From the NCBI GenBank assembly GCA_963748015.1, contig CAVVHE010000004.1:768001-832000 (forward strand): a stretch of 64,000 nucleotides of DNA, given 5' to 3'. The notes beneath the pieces are model-generated. The model did no database searches. It worked only from the letters and a program-made list of their open reading frames with translations, and had not been told where the DNA came from. The position numbers and the translations under genes are program-made. The stretch is from Terriglobia bacterium (GTDB lineage: Bacteria; Acidobacteriota; Polarisedimenticolia; Polarisedimenticolales; JAIQFR01). Positions within the stretch are counted from its first letter, which is position 1. Each line of letters begins with the position of its first letter. Below, piece after piece: positions 19,162-28,153 of the stretch.

Positions 19162-21195
19162 ATGAGTCCGGCCGAGCCCGGCGCTCGGGGTCGAGCGAGA
19201 GTGCAGGAAGTGCTCGCGCGGGCCCTGGGGGCTTTGGACGGGGTTCTGCTCGAGACGCCGGTCGGGCAGGAATCGACGGACGACGCCCAGGTGCTCCGTC
19301 CGGACGATGGCCCCCGACTCTTGGTTCCCGTCGAGGTGTCGAAACGCGGCGGCCGGCGGTCGCTCGCGCTGCTTCGAGTTCTTCCCCTCGCGATGCCCGG
19401 CGCCACGTCTCCGCCGAAGGGTGGCGCCGCCCCGGGCCGCTGGCGGCAGGAGTGGGAGGACTTGACCTCGCCGGCGCGCGGTGACGCGGGCGTGCCCAAT
19501 CCTCATCCGGCCGGCGTCGCGCTGCCTCGCCACGCGCCGGTTCTCCCTCCGCTCTTCTACTGCCGCGCGAAGAACGTGTGGATCGCCGCGGTGTGTCCGG
19601 GCTGTGGAGGTCCCGGCGACGGCGCGTCCACGGAAAACCGCTGCGCTTCGTGCGGCTCGCCGGCCTCCGCGGCCTCCGGCGGGAGCCCCGCCGCCTTGCC
19701 GCCGCTTCGCGCGCTCTGGGATCGCGTGAACGGGAAGGGCACGGGCGACGAGCTCGACCCCGCCTGCGTCTCGTGCGATCGCAGGACGGCATGCTTCCCG
19801 TCGAGCGGCCCGCCGGAAGGACCGGGAGCGGCCGTCGATGCGCTGCAGGCGATCTCGTCCTCGCCATGGGGCGGAGTCCTGCTGGAGCCGTTCCACCTGC
19901 CCTTCGACGCATGGTGCCGTCTCGCGAGCGGGACCTCTTGGATGGAAGTGCGCCCGTCTCTCTCCGGCGTCCCGGCTTCCATCCTCGAGGAGGCCGACGC
20001 CCGCCTTCGCGAGGAGCGGCCGTTTCTCCAGCCCGAGGCTTCCCGCGAGCCGTTCGGGCTAGAGTCGCTCCTGCTGCGGCTCGAGACGCTGAGGCAGCTG
20101 CTCGAGGGGCTGCGGGCGCTCGCCGTCGAGGCCGGGCATCCCCATCTCGGTCTCGCTCCCGGAACGGTATGGGTCCGGCTCGAGGAGCCGGGAAGCCTGC
20201 GCACGGCGCTCTGGGGTGCTCGGTTGTCGTTCGTGGACACCTCGCCCGGCTGGGCTCCCGAGCGGGGTGGAGGGAAGGCGCCGTCGCTCCGCCCGCCGTT
20301 TCTCGTGCCTCCCGGCTGCGAGCGCGGCGACGAGTCGTTCGAGGGACTGTGCATCGCGCGCGCGAGCGGAGGGGTCGTGGCCGACAAGGGCGCGATCGGA
20401 ATCGACTTCCTTCCGAACGCCCCCCTCGCCCGCCCCCCGGCGAAGGGAGACGCGGTGCTCCTCGGCGTGCCGGGTCCCAAGAGCGGAGACGTCGAGCGGG
20501 TCCTCTCCGCTCGCGTGGAGATCGGCTTCCCCGAGGTCTGCCGCATCCTGGTGAGCGACCCGGCGCTGACCTCCGACGAGATTCGCGGCCTCCTCACCGG
20601 CGCCGCCGTCAAGCTCTGGTTGAGGCGAGATCACTCGCTGGTCGACGACCTCTTCGCCGCCGGGACGCTGTTCCTGTCGAGCCTGCTTCGGGCGCCGGGC
20701 GACGCGGCGGAGGCCGCGCGCTTCCGGGACGCGCTGGCCCCGCGCCTCCTGGGGGCCGGCGGAGCGGACGGGGGGGCCACCGAGGCGCTTCGCGCCGTGA
20801 CGTCGAGCGGGCTGTTTCCCGTGCACGACATGTCGAGTCCCGCGGGGTCGAGCCCGGCGTCAAGGGGAGTCACGGCGATGCTCGACCGCGCGCTGACGGC
20901 CAGGGCCGTGGCCCTGGGGATGCGGTTGTGCGCGGCGGTTCCGGGGGGATTCCCCTGCCAGGCGCACGAGCCGGTCGGCCCGGCCGAGAGGGAGCGCGCC
21001 TATCTTGGGTTGCTCTCGGACCTCACGGCCTTCTCGCGCGACGTACGGGAGCGCCTTCTCGCGACCGCGGCCACCGGGGACACCGCGCTCGCCGCCCTCG
21101 GCGCCTTCGCCGTCGAGCGCCTCAAGGCGCTCGCGGAGGGCCGCCCCGTCCACGGGAGCGGCGTCGCCCCGGTATCCGGAAAGGAGCCGCGATGA
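19162..21195 (+). CDS. Cys-rich hypothetical protein with degenerate protein-kinase-like motifs (putative pseudokinase); first gene of the T6SS operon
   Basis: CxxC pairs (CPGC, CASC, CVSC); 'HLGLAPGTVWV' resembles the HRDLKPxNIL loop; 'DDLFAAGTLFL' resembles subdomain IX. Confidence 0.6.
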   Translation: MSPAEPGARGRARVQEVLARALGALDGVLLETPVGQESTDDAQVLRPDDGPRLLVPVEVSKRGGRRSLALLRVLPLAMPGATSPPKGGAAPGRWRQEWEDLTSPARGDAGVPNPHPAGVALPRHAPVLPPLFYCRAKNVWIAAVCPGCGGPGDGASTENRCASCGSPASAASGGSPAALPPLRALWDRVNGKGTGDELDPACVSCDRRTACFPSSGPPEGPGAAVDALQAISSSPWGGVLLEPFHLPFDAWCRLASGTSWMEVRPSLSGVPASILEEADARLREERPFLQPEASREPFGLESLLLRLETLRQLLEGLRALAVEAGHPHLGLAPGTVWVRLEEPGSLRTALWGARLSFVDTSPGWAPERGGGKAPSLRPPFLVPPGCERGDESFEGLCIARASGGVVADKGAIGIDFLPNAPLARPPAKGDAVLLGVPGPKSGDVERVLSARVEIGFPEVCRILVSDPALTSDEIRGLLTGAAVKLWLRRDHSLVDDLFAAGTLFLSSLLRAPGDAAEAARFRDALAPRLLGAGGADGGATEALRAVTSSGLFPVHDMSSPAGSSPASRGVTAMLDRALTARAVALGMRLCAAVPGGFPCQAHEPVGPAERERAYLGLLSDLTAFSRDVRERLLATAATGDTALAALGAFAVERLKALAEGRPVHGSGVAPVSGKEPR

Positions 21196-22007
21196 GCGAC
21201 GTCGACCGGATCGTGGACGCGCTGCGGGAGGAGTCGCAAAAGCAGGGGGCGCCGGGGGAGCAGCGGTCCGCCGCGCTCGAGATCCTGAGGCGCGAGATGT
21301 CGGGGATGGCCAGGGACGAGCTCCTGGCCGAGCTCTCGAGGGTCCGCGGGAAGCTCGCCCCCTCCGACCGCGACAGCGAGGCGGCCAAGCTCTGGGAGGC
21401 GCTCGGGGTTGTCGCGGGCCAGGCGCGCGAAGCCTCGGCGGCGGCGGCGACCGGAACGGGAGGCGCCGGGGTGGATCTCCTCCTGCGCGAGATGCTCGGC
21501 CCCGAATGGAAGGAGGACGCTGCGAGCTCGGCGGAAGTCCGGGCGCGTCTCGGCCTCGTGATCCGGCGTATCGTGGACACGCTCACGCGGTGCGACGAGG
21601 CGCTCCGCCGGCTCAATCTCGACCTGAGAACGCACATGATGCTGGAGGGTCGCAGCGGGGGCACGGTCGTGGGCCTCAAGCTCGAGGAACCGATGCGGAA
21701 GCTGATCGCCCGCGCGGTTCTGGGGACGGGCGACGTCGGCGAGGTCGAGAAGCGGGTGGAGGGGATCGCGAAGTCGGGTGTGCTGTTCCACAACGCCCAC
21801 GTCGCCAGCAACCGGCAGGCCTGGGAGACGATCCGGGGCCGCCTCGATCCGCAGGCGGTGCAGAAGGAGCACGGCGGAAAGGCATGGGAAGCCTATCGCC
21901 GCCTGTACCACAACGAGTTCCTGGATTTCGGCGCGGAATTCGAGGAGCAGTTCGTGACGAAGCCCTTCCTCCAGGAGTATTTCCGCACCCTGGACAAGGT
22001 GAGGTGA
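21192..22007 (+). CDS. TagH (Fha) C-terminal-domain-like protein lacking an FHA domain
   Basis: ATGA overlap with the previous gene and AAGGAG RBS; C-terminal 'RLDPQAV...KAWEAYRRLY...FEEQF...FLQEY' resembles the TagH C-terminus; directly upstream of tssK. Confidence 0.55.
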   Translation: MSDVDRIVDALREESQKQGAPGEQRSAALEILRREMSGMARDELLAELSRVRGKLAPSDRDSEAAKLWEALGVVAGQAREASAAAATGTGGAGVDLLLREMLGPEWKEDAASSAEVRARLGLVIRRIVDTLTRCDEALRRLNLDLRTHMMLEGRSGGTVVGLKLEEPMRKLIARAVLGTGDVGEVEKRVEGIAKSGVLFHNAHVASNRQAWETIRGRLDPQAVQKEHGGKAWEAYRRLYHNEFLDFGAEFEEQFVTKPFLQEYFRTLDKVR

Positions 22008-22071
22008 GGATCGTGCGGTATCACGCGCGCGGGAGCCGGCGGGAGCCGGCGCGAGGAGAACGGCAAACGTC

Positions 22072-23397
22072 ATGAGAAATCTCTCTCCCGTCATCTGGAG
22101 CGAGGGGCTCTTCCTGAGACCCCACCACTTCCAGCAGCAAGATCGCTACCACGAGGACCGTCTCGGGCTCCAGCTCGAGCTCCTCGACCGTTTCCACTGG
22201 GGCGTGGCCGCGCTCGAGATCGAGAGGTCCGCGCTCCGAAACCGCGTGGTGGAGGTCTCGAGGGCGGTCGTGGCCTTCCCGAGTGGGGCCGTGGCCGTGG
22301 CCCCCGAGAACGCCCAGGTGGATCCTCGAAGCTTTGCCGATCACCTGCAGCCGGCGGGACAACCCATCGAGGTGTATCTGGGCCTTCCGCGGCTGCAGAC
22401 GCACGAGCCGAACGTCGCCGATCCCGATTCCCCCGGCCACGGGACCCCGCGGTACCGCGTTCGGACGCGAGAAGTCCGGGACGAGGTTTCCGGAGAACGA
22501 CCGGCCGCGATGGATTTCGCCGTCGGGAACCTGAGGCTGCTGTTCGGAGACGAGGACCGGGGCGGCTTCGAGTGCGTCAGGATCGCCGAGGTCGTCCAGA
22601 AGGGCGCGGACCTGTTCGAGTACGTGGACGCATTCGTTCCCGCGTGCCTCCGGGTGGACGCCGTTCCGGAGCTTGCGCGTCTGTGCAACCGCGTGCGCGA
22701 CGCGGTCTCGGCGACCGCGCGGACCGGGCACGGGCTGAAGCCCGAGCGAAGCGAGGTGGACCCGAACTTCGCGATCCGGCTCGTCACGGTGAACACCTAC
22801 GTCGCTCTCGTCAACCACCTCCTCGGCAGCGGAAACGCTCACCCCTACGAGTTCTACGGCGTCATGACGGCGCTTGCGGGGGCCATGTCCTCCTTCTCGA
22901 GGGATGCCGAGGCGTGGGACGTGTCCCCCTACCTGCACGAGAGCCCCGGATCGGCCTTCAGGGAGACCGCCGAGAAGATCGACCACTACCTCGATCTCGC
23001 GTTCCCGAGAAAGTACGTCGAGGTACGCCTGCCGTGGAACGCCACGAGCAACTGCTACGAGGCCGCGCTCTCCGACGATCACTTCAAGGAGGGATACAAG
23101 TATTGCCTCGCGTGCGCGGGGGACCGGCCGCCGGAGGCGATCCGGACGCAGGTCCACGGCACCGCCAAGGTCGGCGCCCCGGAGAAGATCCCCACGCTGC
23201 GGAACCTAGCGCTCCGCGGCGTGGCCATTCGACCCCTCGACACGTCCCCGCCGGAGATCCCGCGCCGCGCCGCGGCCTATTTCCACGTGGACCCGATCGG
23301 GCCGGAATGGGACAAGGTCCGCGAGGTGAAGCGCCTCGCGGTCTATCTCCCGTCCCTCAACGATCTCGCGCTGTCGCTCTTCGTGATCCGTCCCTGA
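22072..23397 (+). CDS. tssK: T6SS baseplate subunit TssK
   Basis: 'VIWSEGLFLRPHHFQQQDRY', 'WGV', 'AKVG', 'YF'. Confidence 0.95.
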   Translation: MRNLSPVIWSEGLFLRPHHFQQQDRYHEDRLGLQLELLDRFHWGVAALEIERSALRNRVVEVSRAVVAFPSGAVAVAPENAQVDPRSFADHLQPAGQPIEVYLGLPRLQTHEPNVADPDSPGHGTPRYRVRTREVRDEVSGERPAAMDFAVGNLRLLFGDEDRGGFECVRIAEVVQKGADLFEYVDAFVPACLRVDAVPELARLCNRVRDAVSATARTGHGLKPERSEVDPNFAIRLVTVNTYVALVNHLLGSGNAHPYEFYGVMTALAGAMSSFSRDAEAWDVSPYLHESPGSAFRETAEKIDHYLDLAFPRKYVEVRLPWNATSNCYEAALSDDHFKEGYKYCLACAGDRPPEAIRTQVHGTAKVGAPEKIPTLRNLALRGVAIRPLDTSPPEIPRRAAAYFHVDPIGPEWDKVREVKRLAVYLPSLNDLALSLFVIRP

Positions 23398-23420
23398 CGG
23401 CGCCGCAACGGAGGAGTTCC

Positions 23421-24167
23421 ATGGAGACACCCCAGCCCGCGCGACAGCGCTTCTCGACGACGCAGGAGGCGCCCTCGGCGCCGAAGAGCTCGCAGGAGCG
23501 CGCGACGCTCCGCGAGATCTATGCGCCCGTCCTCGCCTACGTCGTTCTCTTTCAGAGGGCCTCCGACCAGGGGGCGGTCACCGTGGACAAGCTCAGGCAG
23601 GAGATCCGCGGGCTGCTCGACCGCGCGGGGCAGCACGCCCTGATGTCCGGCTACCGCTCGGAGCGGGTCAACTGGGTCCGTTTCTCGATCGTCGCCTTCG
23701 TGGACGAGGTCGTGCTGAACTCGAACTGGGCCTACCGCTCGACCTGGATGGAGCGGCCGATGCAGTTCGACGAGTTCGAGACGACCGTAGCGGGCGACCA
23801 GTTCTTCGACCGGATCGAGGGCGCGGCGGAAGTGGATCCCGAGGTCGCGGAGATCGACTTCATGATCATCAGTCTGGGATTCAAGGGGCGGTACGTCGGG
23901 AACGAGACCGAGCTCACGACCGTGAGGCGGCGGCTCTTCAAGAAATTTCCCCCCGAAGCCGTCTTGAGCGTCCCGCAGCTCACCCCCGAGGCCTACGAGA
24001 CGAAGGTCGAGGGAATCGAGGAGGTCGAGGACCGATGGAAGGTGTGGCAGTGGGTCGTGGTCGGCGGGCTGGCGATCCTGGTCGTCGCCGTCTGGGGGTT
24101 GCTGCAGTGGAGTCTCGGGAGCGCGGTAGGGGACTACCGCGACGCGCTCTCGCGGATCGCGAGGTGA
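23421..24167 (+). CDS. tssL: T6SS membrane protein TssL (DotU), without OmpA extension
   Basis: 'AFVDEVVLNS', 'W...PMQ', 'AGDQFF', 'LGFKGRY', C-terminal TM. Confidence 0.9.
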   Translation: METPQPARQRFSTTQEAPSAPKSSQERATLREIYAPVLAYVVLFQRASDQGAVTVDKLRQEIRGLLDRAGQHALMSGYRSERVNWVRFSIVAFVDEVVLNSNWAYRSTWMERPMQFDEFETTVAGDQFFDRIEGAAEVDPEVAEIDFMIISLGFKGRYVGNETELTTVRRRLFKKFPPEAVLSVPQLTPEAYETKVEGIEEVEDRWKVWQWVVVGGLAILVVAVWGLLQWSLGSAVGDYRDALSRIAR

Positions 24168-24174
24168 GACGGCC

Positions 24175-27100
24175 ATGCTGATGAGGGTGCTAGGCTTCCT
24201 GCGAACCTACCTGATGCCCGTCGCGTTCCTCGTCTTTCTCGCGATCCTCTCCCTCACGCTGGGGCCGCGGATCGGGTTGAAGAAACCGTGGCACATCGTC
24301 GTGTTCGCCATCCTCCTCGGGCTGGCGATCCTGATCGACCTCTTCATCTGGTACGTCCAGCGGAAGCGGGAGAGGGGATTCGAGACCGCCATCGTGCAGC
24401 AGGCGCAGCAGGACATGGCCCGCGCCTCGGTGGCTCGCCGCGGCGAGATGGAGAACCTGATCGCCCGGTGGAAGGAGTCGATCCGGCTGCTGCGGGACGC
24501 GAACCTCAAGGGGAAGAACGTCCTCCAGAAGCTCCCGTGGTTCGCGGTCATCGGCGAGTCCGGCTCCGGGAAGACGACCCTGATCAAGAACTCCGGGCTC
24601 GACTTCCCGATCGGCGACGCCAAGATCCGCGGGATCGGCGGCACCAAGAACTGCGACTGGTGGTTCGCCAACGAGGCGATCATCCTCGACACCGCGGGCC
24701 GATACGCGTTCGAGGTGCAGAGCGCTCCCGACCGCGAGGAGTGGGAGAGGTTTCTCGCCCTCCTGAAGAAGACGCGCAAGCGCAGCCCCGTCAGCGGGCT
24801 GCTGGTGACGGTTCCCGCGGACTCCCTGCTGCGCAAGAGCGAGGACGAGCTGAGCACCTACGCCCAGCACCTGCGCGGGAAGATCAACGACCTCATGACG
24901 CGCCTCGAGATCGTCTTCCCGGTCTACCTCGTGGTGACCAAGGTCGACCTCGTAGAGGGATTCGTCGACTTCTTCAGCCGGTATCCGGCCAACCGGATCC
25001 GGGAGGCGGTCGGACGCACGTTCGCCGACGTCAGGCCGGCAAGCTGCGTCGAGACGGCCGGGAAGACCCTGGACGATCTCTACGATCGCCTCTGCTCGAT
25101 GAGCCTCGGACTGATGGAGGAAGGGGAGCCGGGGGCGCCCGCCCGTCCGTACCTGACCCATCCCGAGGAATTCCGCACGCTCGCCGGGAGGCTCAAGGTC
25201 TTCATCGAGTCGCTGTTCCGCGAGAACATCTACATGCGGAACCCGATCTTCCGGGGCCTGTATCTCACCAGCGGCACCCAGGAGGGGCGCACGATCACGA
25301 CCGCGTTCGCTCAGGCGGCCACGGGCCTCGGGATCAACCCGGACGTGCTGACGACCGCGTTCGCTGCCGAAACGCCAAAGCGCGCCTACTTCGTCCGCGA
25401 CCTCCTGAGCCGGATCCTGATCGAGGACGGCCGGCGGGACCTCGTCCGCGCCTTGGCGCTCGGGGGATCGCAGCAGTTCCTGAGGGCTTTCTACCGGGCG
25501 ATCCTGCCCGCGAGCCTGGTGGCGCTCCTGATTTTCGTGTGGCAGTTCGCCAGCTGGACGGCAGGCCGCGGGGATTGGAAGCAGCTCGCGACGGCCGTCT
25601 CCGACAGCCGGTTCTTGAGACGCGACTCGGCTCGGGGCCGGGACGTCTCGGAAGCGGTGCGGGATCTGTCGAGAATCAATGGGCTCCACGCCTCGGCGAC
25701 CGGACGGTCGGGCCTCGCGAATCTCGGCCTCGTGCGCCGCGACCCCGAGTACGGGCTGTACGCCGGGACCTTCGACAAGGCGGTCGAGAAGCACGTCCTC
25801 CAGCCCGTACTGGCGCGCATCAAGCAGGACCTCGAGGGCGGGCAGAGCGCGCCAAGGGACTTTCTGGAGGAGCTCGCGGCGTACGTTGCGTATCGCCGTG
25901 CGCAGGCGGAGCCCGCTTCCGTCGAGGCATCGCGCCTCGAAGGTCTCGCGGGACCGGCGAGCGGGAGCGATCGTCTGGGAGTGCAGAACGTGCGGCGAGA
26001 GCTGGGCTCGTTGGCGCACGCCTACGCGGCGATGGGCGGCAAGGAGTCCGGCGGGATCTCGTTCCCGACGGTGGCGCAGCGGATCCGCCAGATCGTCTCG
26101 GACCTCAATCGGACCGACCCCCTGAGCCAGCTCAGGAGTCTCGTGAGCGAAGGCGCCTCGGCGGTGCGGGCGAACTCGAGCGAGCAGGACGTCTCGGCGC
26201 TGTGGGAACGCCTGCGGCCGATCGCGTACGGGGCCGCCGGGGGAGGCAACATTCCGGCGGAGCTGGTGGAGCAGGTGGACCGCGACATGGAGTCCATCTC
26301 CGACGCGCGCGCGGCCCTCGAGGCGCTCAGAGTCCTGAAACCGCTGGTGGTGGCCGGCGTATCCGCGGCGCAGCCGGAGCAGGGGAGCGGGAAGCTGGGT
26401 TCCTTCGTGCAACTCGTGAGGACGCCCCTCGGGCAGGCTGCGGATGTCGCGGCGCCGCAATGCGCGCCGGTATCCGCCGACGACCCCGCGACCGTGTCGG
26501 CGGTGCAGGAGGCGCTGCAGAAGTTCGCGGCGGAGGTCGGGAAGGCGGCGGATGCCGCCCGCCAGGGCCTCGTCACCCTGAACGCGCAGATGTCGCCCGC
26601 GGACCAGATCGACGCGCAGGTCACCGCGGACCTCGTTCGCCGCGGCAGGATGGCGCTGGCCTACAAGACCTGCACCACCGGGTGGTTCGATGCCGAGGGG
26701 CCGCTGTCCCCCAAGAGCCTGAGCGGAGGGGGCGGTGCGGGAGGAGGAGGGGGCGAGGCGCAGCTCATCGGCCCCTCCGGCATGGGCATGTTCAAGTGCA
26801 GCGCGGCCCTGCCCTCCGGCGGGGGAGGGGCGGGAGCCGACCCGGCGGTGAAGGCGAAGTTGCAGGGGCTCTCCGCGCCGCTCCAGAAGCTCTGGGGGCT
26901 TTCGGACGTGCCGAGCGACCTCATCGAGGCGCAGAGGCTGCGCTGGGCGCAGATCGGCGGCGCGTCGGAGGGCGGCGGGGGAGGAGCACGGGCCGATTGG
27001 CGGCGGGCGCTCTCGAGGATCGAGCTCGACACCCCGGCGGACAGCTGGCAGCTCGAGATGATTCCCTCGCTCATCGCGAGCGACGGCGGGACCCTGAAGT

Positions 27101-28125
27101 CCATCGTCAACAAGATCAAGAACGGTCTCGCGGCGGCCGGAGAGCCGGCCTCGGATCTCGAGGGGTTCAACCCCGACTTCTACATGGCCGCGCTGTCGAA
27201 GATCGGCGAGCGGCTAGGGAGAGCGCTCGAAAGCCCACAGAAGGGCGTGGAGCTCGCGCGACTCAAGCAGGATCGGGCGCTGTTCGACGCGGCTCTGACG
27301 GCGGCGAGCCGCGCTCCGGGGTCGCTGCAACCGTTGCTCAAGAGGGTCCCGCAGACGATCCTCGAGAAGCTCGGAGGGGGTCCCGGAGTCGGCGACTTCT
27401 ACGAGAGCCAGCTCAGGCCGAAGCTGTCCGAGGCCGCGGCGCAGTACCCCTTCAAGGCGTCGTCGGACGTCGACGTTTCCCCGGCGAATTTCGACGATCT
27501 CTTCTCCGCGCAGGGGAAGCTCGCGCAGCTCAAGGAAGTGACCCAGAATCCGGGCGGGGCGCTGCGGCGCCTTCTCGACGCCGCCTCGAGGGTCGAGGAC
27601 GCGTACGGCGACGGCAAGGCGTTCGTGCTCAAGGTGACCCCCGAGGCGCCCGCGGTCCAGCTGGAGCCGGGCATCGAGAAGGAACGGCTGCCCCTGAGCT
27701 TCACGTCGTGGGGGATCACGCTCGCCGACACGCCGATCCAGGGGAAGACGTCCACGCGCGTGCAGGCCCGCCTGCAGGCCGATGCCACGAGCAAGCTGGA
27801 GCCGATCGAGTTCGAGATCGACCGGGGCGAGAAGCGGCTGGGCGGCCTCCTCGGCCGGAAGAAGGTCTACGAGAAGGAAGAGGTCAAGCTGGGCGACCTG
27901 CCGCCCCCGGCAAGCGGGGCGTGGTCGTTCCTCCGGTTCCTGCAGACGGGAAAGCCCGAGAAGAAGGGACCGGGCATCTTCCGGTGCTCGTGGCCGATTC
28001 CTCTCGAGGACAAGAAGTCCGGAAAGAAGATCGCGACGCTCGTGCTCGCCTACGAGGTCGCGTCGCCGGTGCTGGAGCCTTCCTTCTTCAAGGGGTTCGA
28101 GCCCCCAGCGGGAGTGGGGGATTGA
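24175..28125 (+). CDS. tssM: T6SS membrane complex protein TssM (IcmF) with divergent periplasmic region
   Basis: 'LPWFAVIGESGSGKTT', 'CDWWF', 'LDTAGRY', 'FPVYLVVTKVD', 'RGLYLTSGTQEG', late 'YPF' and 'GAWSFLRFL'. Confidence 0.93.
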   Translation: MLMRVLGFLRTYLMPVAFLVFLAILSLTLGPRIGLKKPWHIVVFAILLGLAILIDLFIWYVQRKRERGFETAIVQQAQQDMARASVARRGEMENLIARWKESIRLLRDANLKGKNVLQKLPWFAVIGESGSGKTTLIKNSGLDFPIGDAKIRGIGGTKNCDWWFANEAIILDTAGRYAFEVQSAPDREEWERFLALLKKTRKRSPVSGLLVTVPADSLLRKSEDELSTYAQHLRGKINDLMTRLEIVFPVYLVVTKVDLVEGFVDFFSRYPANRIREAVGRTFADVRPASCVETAGKTLDDLYDRLCSMSLGLMEEGEPGAPARPYLTHPEEFRTLAGRLKVFIESLFRENIYMRNPIFRGLYLTSGTQEGRTITTAFAQAATGLGINPDVLTTAFAAETPKRAYFVRDLLSRILIEDGRRDLVRALALGGSQQFLRAFYRAILPASLVALLIFVWQFASWTAGRGDWKQLATAVSDSRFLRRDSARGRDVSEAVRDLSRINGLHASATGRSGLANLGLVRRDPEYGLYAGTFDKAVEKHVLQPVLARIKQDLEGGQSAPRDFLEELAAYVAYRRAQAEPASVEASRLEGLAGPASGSDRLGVQNVRRELGSLAHAYAAMGGKESGGISFPTVAQRIRQIVSDLNRTDPLSQLRSLVSEGASAVRANSSEQDVSALWERLRPIAYGAAGGGNIPAELVEQVDRDMESISDARAALEALRVLKPLVVAGVSAAQPEQGSGKLGSFVQLVRTPLGQAADVAAPQCAPVSADDPATVSAVQEALQKFAAEVGKAADAARQGLVTLNAQMSPADQIDAQVTADLVRRGRMALAYKTCTTGWFDAEGPLSPKSLSGGGGAGGGGGEAQLIGPSGMGMFKCSAALPSGGGGAGADPAVKAKLQGLSAPLQKLWGLSDVPSDLIEAQRLRWAQIGGASEGGGGGARADWRRALSRIELDTPADSWQLEMIPSLIASDGGTLKSIVNKIKNGLAAAGEPASDLEGFNPDFYMAALSKIGERLGRALESPQKGVELARLKQDRALFDAALTAASRAPGSLQPLLKRVPQTILEKLGGGPGVGDFYESQLRPKLSEAAAQYPFKASSDVDVSPANFDDLFSAQGKLAQLKEVTQNPGGALRRLLDAASRVEDAYGDGKAFVLKVTPEAPAVQLEPGIEKERLPLSFTSWGITLADTPIQGKTSTRVQARLQADATSKLEPIEFEIDRGEKRLGGLLGRKKVYEKEEVKLGDLPPPASGAWSFLRFLQTGKPEKKGPGIFRCSWPIPLEDKKSGKKIATLVLAYEVASPVLEPSFFKGFEPPAGVGD

Positions 28126-28153
28126 TCGGCCCGGTCTCGGTAGCGGCGGGAGC

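Noticed and set aside
19578..21191. Long N-terminal extension of ORF 19578..22007
   Set aside because: Arg/Gly/Pro-rich shadow frame overlapping 19162..21195; the real start is more likely the RBS-preceded ATG at 21192
26725..26990. G-rich runs as tandem repeats or phase-variable tracts
   Set aside because: They encode in-frame Gly linkers of TssM with mixed codons
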